Origin: Octopus vulgaris | Lineage: Eukaryota | Reading direction: 5' to 3' | NCBI GenBank assembly: GCA_951406725.2 | Contig: OX597821.1 | Span: 77,438,001-77,502,000 of the forward strand | Length of the DNA: 64,000 nucleotides | Part shown: positions 40,185 to 53,811 of the stretch, piece after piece | Position numbering within the stretch: the first letter of the stretch is position 1 | Layout: every line of letters starts with the position of its first letter | Notes under the pieces: model-generated | Database searches by the model: none | What the model was told of the DNA's origin: nothing | What the model saw: the letters and a program-made list of their open reading frames with translations, nothing else | Made by a program: the position numbers and the translations under genes

Positions 40185-40430
40185 CTCGTTGTTCACGACA
40201 CGACCAATTTCCAGAAAAACAAGGACAATGATACCCTTGTCGTTGCCAAAACCAGTCACCATGACTTTCTCCGCTGATCGATGACTCTTGGATTTTTTTA
40301 GGCCATGGCAAAAGACTTGTGGTGCCATTCCATGGACTGTGTCTCCTTTTCCGCACCATAAACATACGTCTACGTTTTATTTTTTTATCACCAGATCCAT
40401 GAAAAAAAAAAACGAATCTTCATTTGCTTC
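40185..40430 (-). pseudogene. mariner transposase fragment
   Basis: KKSKSHRSAEKVMVTGFGNDKGIIVLVFLE resembles SAGKVM..FWD..GII..FL. Confidence 0.7.
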
Positions 40431-40639
40431 AGACACTTCCAGCATATCAGAATAGACTTCTGCACCTCTCCCCATCAAATCGGGTATCCGCTGCCGAGGT
40501 ACCCACTTTACACACAGTTTCCGTAAGCTAGAATCTTTCACTGTCTTCTTTTATACGTTGTGACCAGAGCAAAGTTAGCCTCGCTGATTGACAGGTGATG
40601 GTCTCCTTTAGAGAATGCGTGGGCTAAGACTACGCGCCT

Positions 40640-40746
40640 TCATTGGTCAGTTAAAGCTGAGACAGTGTCACGTGACAACTTGCTGGGATTGCCTGCTGGA
40701 GCCTCCAGCAGGTATTTAAAGGGAAATTTAACAAGACAGTCAGTCG
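40640..40746 (+). promoter_or_regulatory. Candidate Pol II core promoter
   Basis: ATTGG (inverted CCAAT) at 40642, palindromic GTCACGTGAC at 40667, TATTTAAA at 40713, Inr-like TCAGTC with its A at 40742 (29 bp downstream). Confidence 0.35.
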
Positions 40747-41701
40747 CCCGCTGACACTGCAGACGATACATCGAAGAGGCCAGGGAACAGAAGAAAGAAA
40801 AAGAAAGAAGACATGCACCCAACACCAGAGCTGAAGACACTCCGAAAGTGGGGGGCGCCACGTCAAAACAGTAGAGGAGTAGGGGCCGAAACCGGACGTG
40901 GTTCCGCCTGATGATGTCTTGAGCTAACTGGATCCTATAAAGGAGCTGTTGTGGTAGCAGACCACGAAACACGGTTGAAATTCCTCCCCGGAGTGCCCAG
41001 CAACTTGTGGATTGAAGAATCGTCGGTCCGAGCGAATAAATTCATCTCTCCGTTGACGAGTGGATGAATTAGCGTCAGAGGTCAAATGTGATGTGTCGGT
41101 TGCCAAACACTGAAGCAAGATGAGAGACGTATGAAAATGCATCGGCCGGTTTCTGCGCAAAGAAGTCTGGCAAGAGCAGAGACGACATTACGCCAGGTTT
41201 GTCTTCAATACTCTACGAAGTTGGAGCTAAAAATATGGCTATTTATAATCCTTGTAAGGAGATATATATTTGAGCCTTCTAGAATGATCACGTGAAGTCC
41301 GGTTGCTGGTTGATCCATAACTCGACCTCTCACATAAACAAGGTGTTGCTATGCTATGATTTAAACTTCTCAATTTGACGACTCGGTTTCGAATCTTGCA
41401 ACAGTGGTTTTCCGCCGCATAGTTTATCTTCAAAACTCGTTTAATTTCTTCATCTTTCTGTACGCGTTGCTCTTGTCAATGGTGTCGTCTCCGTAAACAG
41501 CCCATAACCTTCTGTAGCTGTCGAACAACCAACACATCTTCTTTCACCAAGAACATTGATTCTGCTGGAAAACGATTAGGGTTAGATTTAGGGTCAGGAT
41601 AATGAAAGAGAACTGGAAGACGAGTTGCTGTAACAGAAGTTATTGTACTAAAATGCGCAATATGAACGACCTGTTATGTCAGTTGATACCATTTTTATAT
41701 T

Positions 41702-41935
41702 GAAGGCGGCGAGCTGGCAGAACCGTTAGCACGCCGGGCGAAATGTGAAGCCGTATTTCGTCTGCCGCTACGTTCTGAGTTCAAATTCCGCCGAGGTCGA
41801 CTTTGCCTTTCATCCTTTCGGGGTCGATTAAATAAGTACCAGTTACGCACTGGGGTCGATGTAATTGACTTAATCCCTCTGTCTGTCCTTGTTTGTCCCC
41901 TCTGTGTTTAGCCCCCTGTGGGCAATAAAGAAATA
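41702..41935 (+). mobile_element. SINE family C monomer, 17-bp TSD
   Basis: tRNA-like head ggcggcgagctggcagaa..gttcaaattcc, core gcctttcatcctttcggggtcgat; TSD gataccatttttatatt on both sides. Confidence 0.88.
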
Positions 41936-42001
41936 GATACCATTTTTATATTGCATTCAGTACAAACGTTGTGTGTTTGTATGTGCGAATGCGTGTATAT
42001 A

Positions 42002-42083
<82 letters not shown>

Positions 42084-42793
42084 GGGAATGGTGGGGTGCG
42101 AGTCCTCACTCTATTGAAACATTGAGTTCTACAAAAGGCATTTTGCTTCGGCCGAAGACAAGTCTGGAACTGGCCAACATCGCCACTATCGACATCACCT
42201 TCTTCATCATCACTACCACTACTACAACCACTATCATCATCATCATCATTGTCGCCATCGTCGTTGTCGTCGTCGTCGTCATCATCATCACCATCACCAC
42301 CACCACCACCACCACCACTACCACCATCATCATCATCATATAATTACCATCATCAACATTACGATTAAAATCTCCCCACCATCATCATCATCATCATCAT
42401 CATCATCACCATCATGATCATCACCTACATCACCACATCTACTACATTTTTGACATACCTATCTTTCTAAAATCATTAGCATCACCACTTTTATCACGAC
42501 CACCATCATCCTCATCAGCATCCATACCATCTTCATCATTATCTTCATCATAATCAATTTTAACATCATCTTCATCAACACAATCATTACCACCACCACC
42601 ACTACCACCCCTATCGTCGTCGTCGTTGTCGTCGTTATTATTGCATTCACTACCACTACTACCATTACCATCATGATAATCACAGCTATCTCCTTTTACA
42701 CATCATCACACCGGGTTTCTTTTTGCATACCTCTGCCAACCTCTATCATAATAACCACCATCCTTACCACACCCATCGTTTTGTACAAATTTA

Positions 42794-42875
<82 letters not shown>

Positions 42876-42879
42876 ATGC

Positions 42880-43008
42880 ATAGCTTGCTTACGAACCACA
42901 TGGATCCGGGTTCAGTCCCCTTGGGCAAGTGTCTTCTACTATAACCTCGAGCCGGCCAAAGCCTTGTGAGTGGATTTGGTTGAAGGAAATTGAAAGAAGC
43001 CTGTCGTG

Positions 43009-43078
<70 letters not shown>

Positions 43079-43322
43079 TGTATGTATGTATGTATGTATG
43101 TATGTATGTATGTATGTATATGTTTGTGTGTCTGTGTTTGTCCCCCAAACATGGCTTGACAACCGATGCTTGCGTGTTTACGTCCCCGTCATCTAGCGGT
43201 TCGGCAAGAGAAACCAATAGAATAAGTACTAGGTTTACAAAGAATAAGTCCTAGGGTCGATTTGCTCGACTAAAGGCGGTGCTCCACCATGGCCGCAATC
43301 AACTGACTGAAACAGATAAAAG
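42880..43322 (+). mobile_element. SINE family A copy
   Basis: Family A core and tail with expanded internal (TA)n(TATG)n. Confidence 0.8.
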
Positions 43323-43339
43323 ATATATATATATATATA

Positions 43340-45571
43340 CTAGCAGTGTCGCCCGGCGTTGCTCGGGTTTGTAAGGGAAATAACTATATAAGCATTTTTA
43401 GAGAGTTACTTCCTTTATAGATGCCAATTCGGGCTTTCTTAGCCATTTCTGTTTTGGTGTCTTCAAGCCATGAAGTCGTTGTTCTAAAAGAACGCTGGTC
43501 TCCTTCACAACGCATTACGACGTTGATTTCCTTAAACTCCCTTCCCCACAGCTTCACGAGGGAGGGAAGAAGGGGGAGAAGCAAACACAGGTGCAGGTGT
43601 TTGAGCGTGGACGCCAACTCCGCCGCCATCGACACACGAAAAATTATGCATTAAAATGGAATAAAAAATGATGTTAAATTATTTTTAAAATCGTAGACTC
43701 ATCGTAGACGCGCGCTAATAGCCAGACGGGCTCGATATTAATCACAACTATAAGATACCCGAATTTGGTTAAACTGCACCGCAAAATGTGGGAGGAGTTA
43801 GGAATCTAAATCGTAGGAGACAGACACTCACACAACTACAGTTTTATATATATAGACTAGCAGTATCGCCCGGCGTTGCTCGGGTTTGTAAGGGAAATAA
43901 CTATATAAGCATTTTTAGATGCCAATTCGGGCTTTCTTAGCCATTTTTGTTTTGGTGTCTTCAAGCCATGAAGTCGTTGTTCTAAAAGAACGCTGGTCTC
44001 CTTCACAACGCATTACGACGTTGATTTCTTTACACTCCCTTCCCCACAGCTTCACGAGGGAGGGAAGGGGGAGAAGCAAACAGGTGCAGCTGTGAGCGTG
44101 GACGCCAACTCCGCCGCCATCGACACACGATGCATTTTATGCATTAAAATGGAATAAAAAATGATGTTAAATTATTTTTAAAATCGTAGACTCATCGTTG
44201 ACGCGCGCTAATAGTCAGACGGGCTCGATATGAATCACGACTATAAGATACCCGAATTTGGTTAAACCGCACCGCAAAATGTGGGAGGAGTTAGGAATCT
44301 AAATCGAAGGGGACAGACACTCACACAACTAGAGTTTTATATATATAGATATACATAATATTAATAATATTAGGGAGTGTATCCAAACTTACAGGGAAAA
44401 ATTAGATTTAGGATTAAATCAAATTTCACTTGCCTAATAGTGGTTTTATCTCTAATTTTATATATATACTAGCAGTATCGCCCGGCGTTGCTCGGGTTTG
44501 TAAGGGAAATAACTATATAAGCATTTTTAGATGCCAATTCGGGCTTTCTTAGCCATTTTTGTTTTGGTGTCTTCAAGCCATGAAGTCGTTGTTCTAAAAG
44601 AACGCTGGTCTCCTTCACAACGTATTACGACGTTGATTTCTTTACACTCCCTTCCCCCACAGCTTCACGAGGGAGGGAAGGGGGAGAAGCAAACAGGTGC
44701 GGCTGTGAGCGTGGACGCCAACTCCGCCGCCATCGACACACGATGCATTTTATGCATTAAAATGGAATAAAAAATGATGTTAAATTATTTTTAAAATCGT
44801 AGACTCATCGTTGACGCGCGCTAATAGTCAGACGGGCTCGATATGAATCACGACTATAAGATACCCGAATTTGGTTAAACCGCACCGCAAAATGTGGGAG
44901 GAGTTAGGAATCTAAATCGAAGGGGACAGACACTCACACAACTAGAGTTTTATATATATAGATATACATAATATTAATAATATTAGGGAGTGTATCCAAA
45001 CTTACAGGGAAAAATTAGATTTAGGATTAAATCAAATTTCACTTGCCTAATAGTGGTTTTATCTCTAATTTTATATATATACTAGCAGTATCGCCCGGCG
45101 TTGCTCGGGTTTGTAAGGGAAATAACTATATAAGCATTTTTAGATGCCAATTCGAGCTTTCTTAGCCATTTTTGTTTTGGTGTCTTCAAGCCATGAAGTC
45201 GTTGTTCTAAAAGAACGCTGGTCTCCTTCACAACGCATTACGACGTTGATTTCTTTACACTCCCTTCCCCACAGCTTCACGAGGGAGGGAAGGGGGAGAA
45301 GCAAACAGGTGCAGCTGTGAGCGTGGACGCCAACTCCGCCGCCATCGACACACGATGCATTTTATGCATTAAAATGGAATAAAAAATGATGTTAAATTAT
45401 TTTTAAAATCGTAGACTCATCGTTGACGCGCGCTAATAGTCAGACGGGCTCGATATGAATCACGACTATAAGATACCCGAATTTGGTTAAACTGCACCGC
45501 AAAATGTGGGAGGAGTTAGGAATCTAAATCGAAGGAGACAGACACTCACACAACTAGAGTTTTATATATAT

Positions 45572-45574
<3 letters not shown>
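43340..45574 (-). mobile_element. Tandem array of four ~0.5-kb non-autonomous Helitrons
   Basis: Copies 43340-43856, 43857-44349, 44469-44962, 45082-45574; each is minus-strand 5'-TC..hairpin..CTAG-3'; identical 119-bp spacers between copies 2/3 and 3/4. Confidence 0.85.
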
Positions 45575-45640
<66 letters not shown>

Positions 45641-45906
45641 TATATGGGTACAGGACGTCACAAACCGTAAACAACATGAAATACAAAAACAAATGAGTTG
45701 AATACGCAAACAACGAGAGAAACAAATAGAAAACATGACAAGTAACATAAAGAACGACCGTTCATCAGATGTCAGCTATCCATCTGCTCCTCATTTCGAA
45801 CATTGAACGACATCTATATATATATATTTCTTAAACAGGACGTCAAACATTAAGGCAAGGCAAACATCTCAAGTAACATACGATATTATTTTTGGAAAAA
45901 TTCAAA

Positions 45907-45964
45907 ATCTTACAGCTGTTTCTGGGATATCTCTGAGTATGATGATTATTCCATCATCAGAGAC
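45907..45964 (-). ncRNA. Type I hammerhead ribozyme in a PLE-tail-like segment
   Basis: gtct CTGATGA tggaata...tatccca GAAAC agct GT A agat; palindromic stem III acagctgt, GUA cleavage triplet. Confidence 0.7.
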
Positions 45965-46315
45965 AAATAGAAAATAAATAAGGAAAATGAGAATGGTATA
46001 TATTAATGAGATGATGACATAGATGAATATAAGAATATGGAGATGGAAAGAGAGAAGAAAGAAAGAAGCATAAAAGTTCATAGTTCAACCTTCCGAAGTT
46101 ATGGAAACCAAAGCATGTATCTTTAGGTACAATCCTGCGATATACGCAGTGCTATTATAATGTAATAGTGTACATCACATGTCCCTCCGGTGATGTCTTC
46201 TTTTTTGGTGGTCATAAAATAACACACACATCCCACACAGACAGACAGACACGCAGACGGACGCACGGACACGCACACAAATGAATGTATGTATGCATAT
46301 ATCTAGCAAGATAGG

Positions 46316-46399
<84 letters not shown>

Positions 46400-46549
46400 T
46401 ATAGACGTAAGGGTGCATGTGTATGCGCGCATGCAAGCGTGCGTGTTTGTATGTGCATTTATGTGCGTGTATGCATGAGTTTGTACATATGTATGTATGC
46501 ACTTGTGTGTGTGTGAGTGTGCGAGTGTACTTGTGTGTTTGTATATGTA

Positions 46550-46635
<86 letters not shown>

Positions 46636-46926
46636 CGTCTGTGTGTGACAGGTATAGGTTGCAGTTCGTGTTACATGCATCTCGCTCTTCATCTTGATAA
46701 AAGTTCTGAAATTATAATTTACATTTTTGCTGCGTTAGCCATCAACACAGCGCGGCTCTCCATATATATGCGTCTGTGTGTGTGTGTGTGTGTGTGTTTT
46801 GTGTTTTGTGTTCGTTTAAGTGTAAGTGTGCGTGTTAAAGAGAGTATGTGTGTGAAAACAAAGATTAAGAGAGATAGAGCTCGATAAGAGGATTACGTAT
46901 GTATGAATACATACATGCTTATATAT

Positions 46927-46985
<59 letters not shown>

Positions 46986-47404
46986 CACAGGTATGTTTTG
47001 TGTGGTAAGAAGCTTCCTTCCAAACCACACAGATATGTATGATTGCAACGGGCCTCTTTCAGTCCCCGCCTACCAAATCCATTCACATGGTCCTAGGTTC
47101 AGTGCCACTACATGGCACTTTGGACAAGTGTCTTTTAGTATAGCTGTCTGAAGTCTTTCATATTGATCCTTTCGTCGCTTCGATGAATAAGAGTTCATCA
47201 AGAAACAAACGTACACTGATTCTAGTTTAATGCAGGTGCCTTGGTTTGCTGAACAGCCGGCATAATGAATATTATTAAAATGAGTTTGTGCAGGGACGAC
47301 CCCATTCTCTCGTCCTTCAAACTCGTATTGGTCGGCTGCAATAAGTATCACAAACCCAGCAGTTAACAGGATGCAGGATGCGAATAGAGTTATAATCCTT
47401 GCCT

Positions 47405-47500
47405 TCATAATCCTTGCCTTCAATTCATCTTTGGTGTTACAAGGAGTTTTGTTGGTTTCTCGTTCACATAGTAACCAAGGGGGTTGCAGTCTGGGAAGCT
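47405..47500 (-). pseudogene. Tc1/mariner (maT-like) transposase fragment
   Basis: PDCNPLGYY..ERETNKTPCNTKDELKARIM. Confidence 0.65.
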
Positions 47501-47504
47501 GTCC

Positions 47505-48140
47505 AAGAAAGAGATGGTTAACTGCAACATCAGTCGTGATTCTATAAAAGGCAAACTTCTGGGTGAATGCAGGTTGATCATCTGGGATGAAGCGACAATG
47601 AGCCATAAGGTTTCCTTTGGAGCTTTTGACATGACCCTTCAGAATCTGAGACACAACACCAGGCTCATGGAAGGTTCCACAGTCTTGCTTGCAGGAGACT
47701 TTAGTCAAACCCTTCCCGTGATTCCACGGGGAACAAGAGCTGATGAAGTAAATGCCAGCATAAAGTCATCCTACTTATGGAGCAGTTTGCAAAAGCTAAG
47801 ACTCACAACCACCATGAGAGTGCAACTCAGTGGTGATGATGCAGACAGAACCTTTTCAAAGCAACTGTAAGACATCAGTAACAGTGCTTCGGTTGGCGAG
47901 AATTATGGCCAGGTAAGCTTGCTTTTGGGACATATGATATCTGATTTAAAGGAACTAATGAACAAGGCGTTTCCTAACCTGAAGGACCAGTTTACATACC
48001 ACACCTGGCTGAAAACCTCTACCATTTTAGCTCCAAAGAATTTGAGAGTTGATGATTTGAACTTCAAACTTTTGGAACACTTGCCAGGTAAGCGTCACAT
48101 CTACAATCCCATTGATGCTGTACTCAACATAAAAGAATAA
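47505..48140 (+). pseudogene. Helitron RepHel Pif1-like helicase fragment
   Basis: LIIWDEATMSHK..LLAGDFSQTLPVIPRG..KSSYLW..LTTTMRV..ILAPKN; in-frame stop at 47868-47870; no introns. Confidence 0.88.
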
Positions 48141-48187
48141 AAGAATACATACGTACGTACATGCATATATACATACATATGTATGTA

Positions 48188-48242
<55 letters not shown>

Positions 48243-48505
48243 AATAGTAAAAAATGAAAAAACTACAGAAGGCTTGTTTTAAAAGGTTAAAAAATATATA
48301 TTTGAATCATTATGTCAGAAGAATGTTATAAATTTTTTTCATACAATGACATAGTTTTTGAAGAAATGACTGGTTTCGCGTTCAGCTTTTCAAATTTCTT
48401 ACATCGTTATGATTTAAAGAAGAGTTCCAGGTAAGGGGAGGTAATAAGTGATTTCTTCCAGTGTAAGGGAGATAATCGCTTAATATTTATATATATATAT
48501 ATATC

Positions 48506-48559
<54 letters not shown>

Positions 48560-49017
48560 TATTTATATTTATATTTATATTTCAAGCCCTGCGCTGTCAG
48601 GTCACCAATGTACCACAGTGACCAGAAAGTGATGCTGACCCTGTGAAGGATCTTTGTTCTCAGCTATAGTAGAAAGTACTTGCCGGAGATGCCATGCAGT
48701 GGGATTGAACCCAGAACCACGTTGTTGGGAAGCAAACTTCTTACCACGCAGCCGTATTTACTATATGAACTAAATACATACATACATACGCGCGCACACA
48801 TTTATGTATACATACATACAGACACGCAGACAGACACACATACACATAAACACATACATACATACGCACATACGCACATACACACATGCACACATACACA
48901 TATACATACATACACACACACATACATACATACACACGTACATACGTACATACACGTATACATACATACATACACACACATACATACACACACATACATA
49001 CACACATACACACACTC

Positions 49018-49051
<34 letters not shown>

Positions 49052-49599
49052 CTACATATCATTTAAACATTGCTTAGTGAGTAATTCTTCGGTTGCCATT
49101 CGTATTCCTCGCATCGGTTAGATGCCTTCAAATCTAATTAATCATCGAGCTGGCATTATTCAGCATCGGTCGGTCTTAATATGACATAATTAGAAAGGAA
49201 TGTTGAAAGCTATTATTAGCTCCGGGGATACTTTAGTCATTTTTCAACTCTATTTCATTAATTAACTAATTACGATGACTTTTTGGGTGGTCGATTCGTG
49301 TCGTCACCTAGATTATAAAATAGGTAGAGGGCATCGCAAACCAGGGTTCGCTCCCAATAAAATCGCTTATCTCTCAATTTTATAAGAAACAAATAAGTTC
49401 ATATATTTAAGTTACGTAAGAACACAAAATTTCATTTATTCAGTTTTGCTTGAATATTATTTTTTTCGATAAATGAAAGGAGCAAATCTTATCGACTTAG
49501 GCTCATAAATTATATTGTATTTAGTGAATTTCCCTTTCTTGAAGAACGAATGTGTTTCTCACTATTTGGTATCTTTATTCTGATCTTGAGCAGAACATT

Positions 49600-49800
49600 G
49601 GTTAATATACTGATTGGTGCAGCTTGAAGAATCCGTTTTGCAGTTCTTTGCTGCTACATTCTAATGTCCGGAGCTGTGAACTCTCCACGCAGAAAAGTAC
49701 CACCTCGTGCTGGCGAAATTCCTTGATCTCCGAGCTTCGCATCCTATTGAGTAACTTCACACCAGACATCCTTCGAAAGAAATCCATTTTGACTGCTTAT
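49600..49800 (-). pseudogene. RTE LINE C-terminal fragment
   Basis: MDFFRRMSGVKLLNRMRSSEIKE..VESSQLR resembles EM.FLRR..G..L.DR.RS..IR..QLRW. Confidence 0.65.
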
Positions 49801-51404
49801 TCTTGGAAGTTGATGAAGAGAAACATTTAAGTTACCGCTACTGTTGTTGTTATCAAGCAGAGCTATGAACAAACGGTTTCCAGCCATGACAACCCTGTCT
49901 GTTTATGTATCAGGGCAATGTAACCCTCTTTGTTTCAGATGACAGAATTATGGTTGTTAATCTATGACTCACTGGAGATTAAAACAAAAATATTAACGAC
50001 TTGATTGGCGCTCTTCAGGAAAATTCAAAACTACTGGCTTATATTGCATTGACTATTCCAGTAAAGGGGACAGAGAGCTCATTACGATATTTTAACACCT
50101 TCTTCTCATAAGCAAGATTTTTTCTTCCTTCTCAGTGAAAACTGCAGTGAAAAGTTTTTACACGTTCGAATATCTCTGAAACATTAGAATTATTCTTAAG
50201 TCTGTACACTTTCTGCTACTGCTTCGCGCATATACTCACGTATTTGTTGTCCTGGTGATCTATGCGCACAATCGGTAGCTAATAGTAACTGAGATTTACA
50301 ATTTAGAAAGTTTCGCTTCCTAATCAGCACAGAGTTGTCTCTCTTGGTATCTGGTACCGAAGAGAACAAAAGAGTTCAAAATGCATCCGTCATCAGTCCG
50401 ACAGAGAACTCTCTGAACTGACCGAGGTATTTTAATGCCTTTTTTTTATCTTAAACGAGATATCTTCTTTTTTGTTTGTTTTTTTTTTACTCCAAGACAA
50501 ATTTCAGCGAAAAGCTTTTACTGGCACAAATATTTCTCAAGCCAATTTCTGTCACTGCTTCGCACAGCTATTCATGTATTTTACAGAATATAGAAAAAAA
50601 TGTACAAAAAGCAAACAAACTATTACTTTCCTTGTTCTTTTGATCATATTTGTACACTAAGAAAATGATAACGCATTTTTTAACGCTCAATCGTGAATAT
50701 AGATTTTTTTGATTTTAAATTATATTCTCTAAATATTAGATATCCGTTGCGTTTGAGATCCAATGCGACAGGGTGTAATTTGATGCCGATTTCACTGCTA
50801 TCTCTAGCAGATTAAGCAACCGCAGAGATGCGCCCCTGTTGGTTCATTTATAAAAGAAAACTAGATAATACTCTATTTGTGTCGAACCAATCGATCGTGC
50901 TATTACATACAGCTTGCACAAAAGAGCGTGTTTCCTATAACAAAGTTGGGTTTTTTTTTATCTAAATAGCTTATGACAACAGTTTTTTTTTTTTGTTTTT
51001 GTTCATAACTTTTTGCTCTTCGTTCGCTTCTTTATTTCTTTCCCTTCAATTATTTCTATGTTTTTCGTTTTTCAGCGGAAAGTCTGCATTTTTGAAATGA
51101 TTGTCTGTGTTTTATGAATTCACAAGTTAAAAACAAAACGAACCCATAATTGTTCTTAAATGTTTCACACTAGTCGTTGACTGTAAGCCCGAGGTCTGAG
51201 TCGTTAACTCAGTGGGAGATTTTCGAAGTATTTTTTCTCTCGAAGGAAACACGCCAAGTTAACCAAGATAAAATTGTTTGGAGGTCCCCACTCACATGTC
51301 AAATGCAGACGTTCCTGCTTTCGTTTTTGCTTTCTTTTCTTTTCGTTTGTCAGTCTGACATTTATATTTTTCGTCTATATACTTAGTTTCAGCCTCCTCC
51401 TCCT

Positions 51405-51660
<256 letters not shown>

Positions 51661-52404
51661 GGTCGAAGCAAAGTAACTGCTGAACTAGATGCTTTATTGT
51701 AAGTACCAACAATATGGCTGCGGGAAGCGCCTCAAGGGAGTGTTCTGTATTCGAAAACACACAAACAACAAATAGACACGCACACGTATAATACAGAGAG
51801 TTGAATATTTTCGATTAACTGAGACTATTCGTTCAGTCTGAAGCAACAAGCAGCAAGCAAGAACGATAACTCCAATGATATCGTCAAACATTTTTGGAAA
51901 AGAAAAACATCGCAGACGGAAGTGAATCTTGTCTTCAGTGCTAATTAGTGAAAGCAACGGATGTCCTTCGATAATGTTAGAACACCGAGCCAGACATAAT
52001 TTGGTTTCGAACCGTTCCACTCGCTGTTAATACTTTTGAGAAAAAAGATTAACGTTTTTCTTACATTGGTATCAGTCACGTGACTGCAACCATGATGGTG
52101 TCTTGGTTTGCCGAGCAAACTGTATAGTGAATATTATTATAGTAGGAACGGTTTGTGCAGAACTGGTCTAACTCTCTCGTTCTTCAAACTTGTATTGGTC
52201 TGGTACAATAAATTCCACGAGTCCAGTAGTTAACAGAATGCAGAATCTGTATGGAATTATCTTTTCTTAGATGAGCAGCGAAAGGGCTGAAGGGCCTCAG
52301 CTACCCGGTGTCTGTTGGGGTGTTTGTGAGTGACTTTCTTCAAGAGGCAATTCCGAGACGTGCCAGCTAACCATAGCTAAGGTCCTGGCAGATGTTACTT
52401 GTCT

Positions 52405-53182
52405 GGGTCGAGAATTTTTTTTCCTACCAGAGTTCCGGACCCCAGTAATTAACTCATTTGCATACAACCAATCAGAGCTCACCTTGAAAATACACAGACT
52501 GTGTACTACTACTACAGTACAGCCAGCAGGCATAGAATGGTGTATGCAAACTATTTTATTTGCTAAAATATTTTGAAACCTAGGTCTAATCGGAATAAAA
52601 TAACAAGGTAAAAGCTTTTATTTTTCATTCCTTTTGAAGATTGCTCTTAAATGTGGTTTTGGTCGTTTTGACCAAGCACCACATTCCCCCCTTCACCATC
52701 CTCATAGATCAATTGAGCACCATCTCTATATGGAGCTAGTATTAGGTACCTATGCTCAGACTGAAATTAGTGATACTGCATTTACCCATTGATATATGCA
52801 AGGAGGGCGCAATACGACACATCGACATATTGATTACAATGTTTTCAGATAAACACCAACATTTTCAATTAGGAATGTACAAAATTAGGGAATTACACTC
52901 ATTTACATTTTCCTAGTAAAATTACGCAAATTGGCAACACCTACTGAAGCATCGGTGAGAAGCTCTCCATTCACTTTATACACTAAATTTCACATTTGTC
53001 TCCCCTATTAACCCGTTTAGGACAGTTGGATTTTGCTCTAACGCACATTTTCTGCTGAACTCAACCAAAGTGTTTTCGTGACTAGGCGGACAGTAGTTTG
53101 ATAGTTGAGCTCTGATTGGCTGTATGCAAATGAGTTCATAATTGGGGTCCGGAATTCTCGTGGGAAAAAAATTTCGCGTCCG
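52405..53182. mobile_element. MITE-like element with ~80-bp imperfect TIRs
   Basis: 52405-52485 is the reverse complement of about 53103-53182 (ttccggacccca..aactcatttgcataca.ccaatcagagctca). Confidence 0.55.
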
Positions 53183-53301
53183 GGTCAGAACAGAGCTGGG
53201 AACAATAACGTCCTAGACACGCTTCCACACTACTCAAAACACTATAACTCCCGATTCAGGGTCCCACTAATGGATGTAGTTTAAAAACCAACATTATATT
53301 A

Positions 53302-53707
53302 ATTTCTTTATTGCCCACAGAGGAGTTAAACATAGAGGGAACAAACAAGGACAGACAAAGGGATTAAGTCGATTACATCGACCACAGTGCGTAACTGGTA
53401 CTTATTTAATCAACCTCGAAAGGATTAAAGGCAAAATCGACCTTGGCGGAATTTGAACTCAGAACGTAACGGCAGACGAAATACCTATTTCTTTTCTACC
53501 CACAAGGGGCTAAACACAGAGAGGACAAACAAGGACAGACAAACGGATTAAGTCGATTATATCGACCCCAGTGCGTAACTGGTACTTAATTTATCAACCT
53601 CGAAAGGATGAAACGCAAAGTCGACCCCGGCGGAATTTGAACTCAGAACGTAACGGCAGACGAAATACCGCTAGGTATTTCGCCCGGCGTGGTAACGATT
53701 CTGCCAG
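53302..53707 (-). mobile_element. SINE family C dimer
   Basis: Two body and tail units; TSD cattatatt at 53292-53300 and 53708-53716. Confidence 0.85.
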
Positions 53708-53811
53708 CATTATATTGAGTATCTACATGTATGATAAAGAATGTCTTGAATCATAATAAAGCTTTCCAGAAAAATCGTGTAAAGTATCTAAAGATTAAGC
53801 AGTGTCTAGAG

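Noticed and set aside
45645-45815. Hammerhead around the minus-strand CTGATGA at about 45762-45768
   Set aside because: No GAAA with stem II downstream, and the permuted arrangement does not pair convincingly
47505-48140. Host PIF1 helicase gene
   Set aside because: Intronless fragment with an in-frame stop and Helitron-type motifs, flanked by other TE debris
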